A stretch of 63,488 nt of DNA, filler included, from Reclinomonas americana ATCC 50394 (Eukaryota), in the NCBI GenBank assembly GCA_048213135.1. It is 12 parts of 12 records of this genome, joined end to end, with 100 filler letters (N's around TTAATTAATTAA, not from the genome) between each part and the next. Parts side by side here need not be neighbours in the genome. Positions count along the whole stretch, not along the records: positions 62,360 to 63,488 come from AFZH01017798.1; 11 more parts are not named here. The stretch is one strand, 5' to 3'. The position numbers were made by a program, and so were the translations under genes. The notes under the pieces were generated by a model. The model was not told the DNA's origin. It saw only the letters and a list, made by a program, of their open reading frames with translations, and searched no databases. Numbering within the stretch: position 1 is the first letter of the stretch; the number at the start of each line of letters is the position of its first letter. Below, piece after piece: positions 63,089 to 63,488 of the stretch.

Positions 63089-63488
63089 GCACCAGCCTCA
63101 CAAGCCATTCGGGGGTAGCTGAATCCCACGCGCACCTCTCACATCCGCACTTTACCAAAATTCCACAGTGCACTGCACTCCCCGTTTTTCGAATTCCCGC
63201 CCACAAATGCATTGGTGTCGGTTGGTCGGAGATTCAATCACGAAAAAAACACATTTCACGCGCGACCGAGTGCGTTCGCGTGGTGTGACACTCGCCGGCA
63301 CACAGAGAACAGCAAAGTGAGAGAAAAGGCGAGAATCTGCTCCGTGTGCGAGTGAAGGTGAGTGCTGTTTTGTGAGATGTCCACGCGTGACCAGTCATTG
63401 CAGTTCGCTTCCCTCCCCACCACCCAACGCGCACACACACACGCTCACTCCCCAATTCTCTCTCCCCTCTCTCTCACCCCTCTCCTCC

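Overview
Gene-dense, intron-rich eukaryotic genomic DNA, most likely from a flagellated protist (inferred from a tubulin deglutamylase-type carboxypeptidase and a TSNAXIP1-like EF-hand gene; the species cannot be named from sequence). Exons are GC-rich, and GT-AG introns are often filled with CT/GA simple repeats, which explains most of the spurious L/S/P/F- or R/E/G-rich ORFs. The assembly has eleven 100-bp gap spacers (44 N + TTAATTAATTAA + 44 N) and a remnant of what looks like the 454 Titanium loxP paired-end linker at the left edge. Recognisable genes are: TFIIIA-like C2H2 protein, PITHD1, an SDR, an OFA-family MFS transporter with a mitochondrial-type presequence, a micro-exon-rich STUM/SPEC3 homologue, a cytosolic carboxypeptidase, CHMP7-like, TSNAXIP1-like, vanin/biotinidase, NAAA/acid-ceramidase-like, FAM172A and a SAP + SP-RING (PIAS/Siz) ligase. 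Two things stand out. (1) A family of at least 7 intronless WD40 genes in two clusters (34.1-39.9 kb and 49.4-50.8 kb). Full-length copies have seven 42-aa blades with a near-invariant scaffold and hypervariable top-face positions (HET-E-like), fused to a conserved C-terminal helix + LPxxVLxxF tail that resembles an F-box/SOCS-box. This is a candidate diversified recognition / ubiquitin-ligase adaptor system undergoing birth, death and mosaic recombination. (2) A ~13-kb spliced gene encoding a bacterial-type pseudokinase - STAND ATPase - GAF protein whose output domain is an intact class III adenylyl cyclase rather than a histidine kinase. All family assignments are by eye from motifs; no database search was run.
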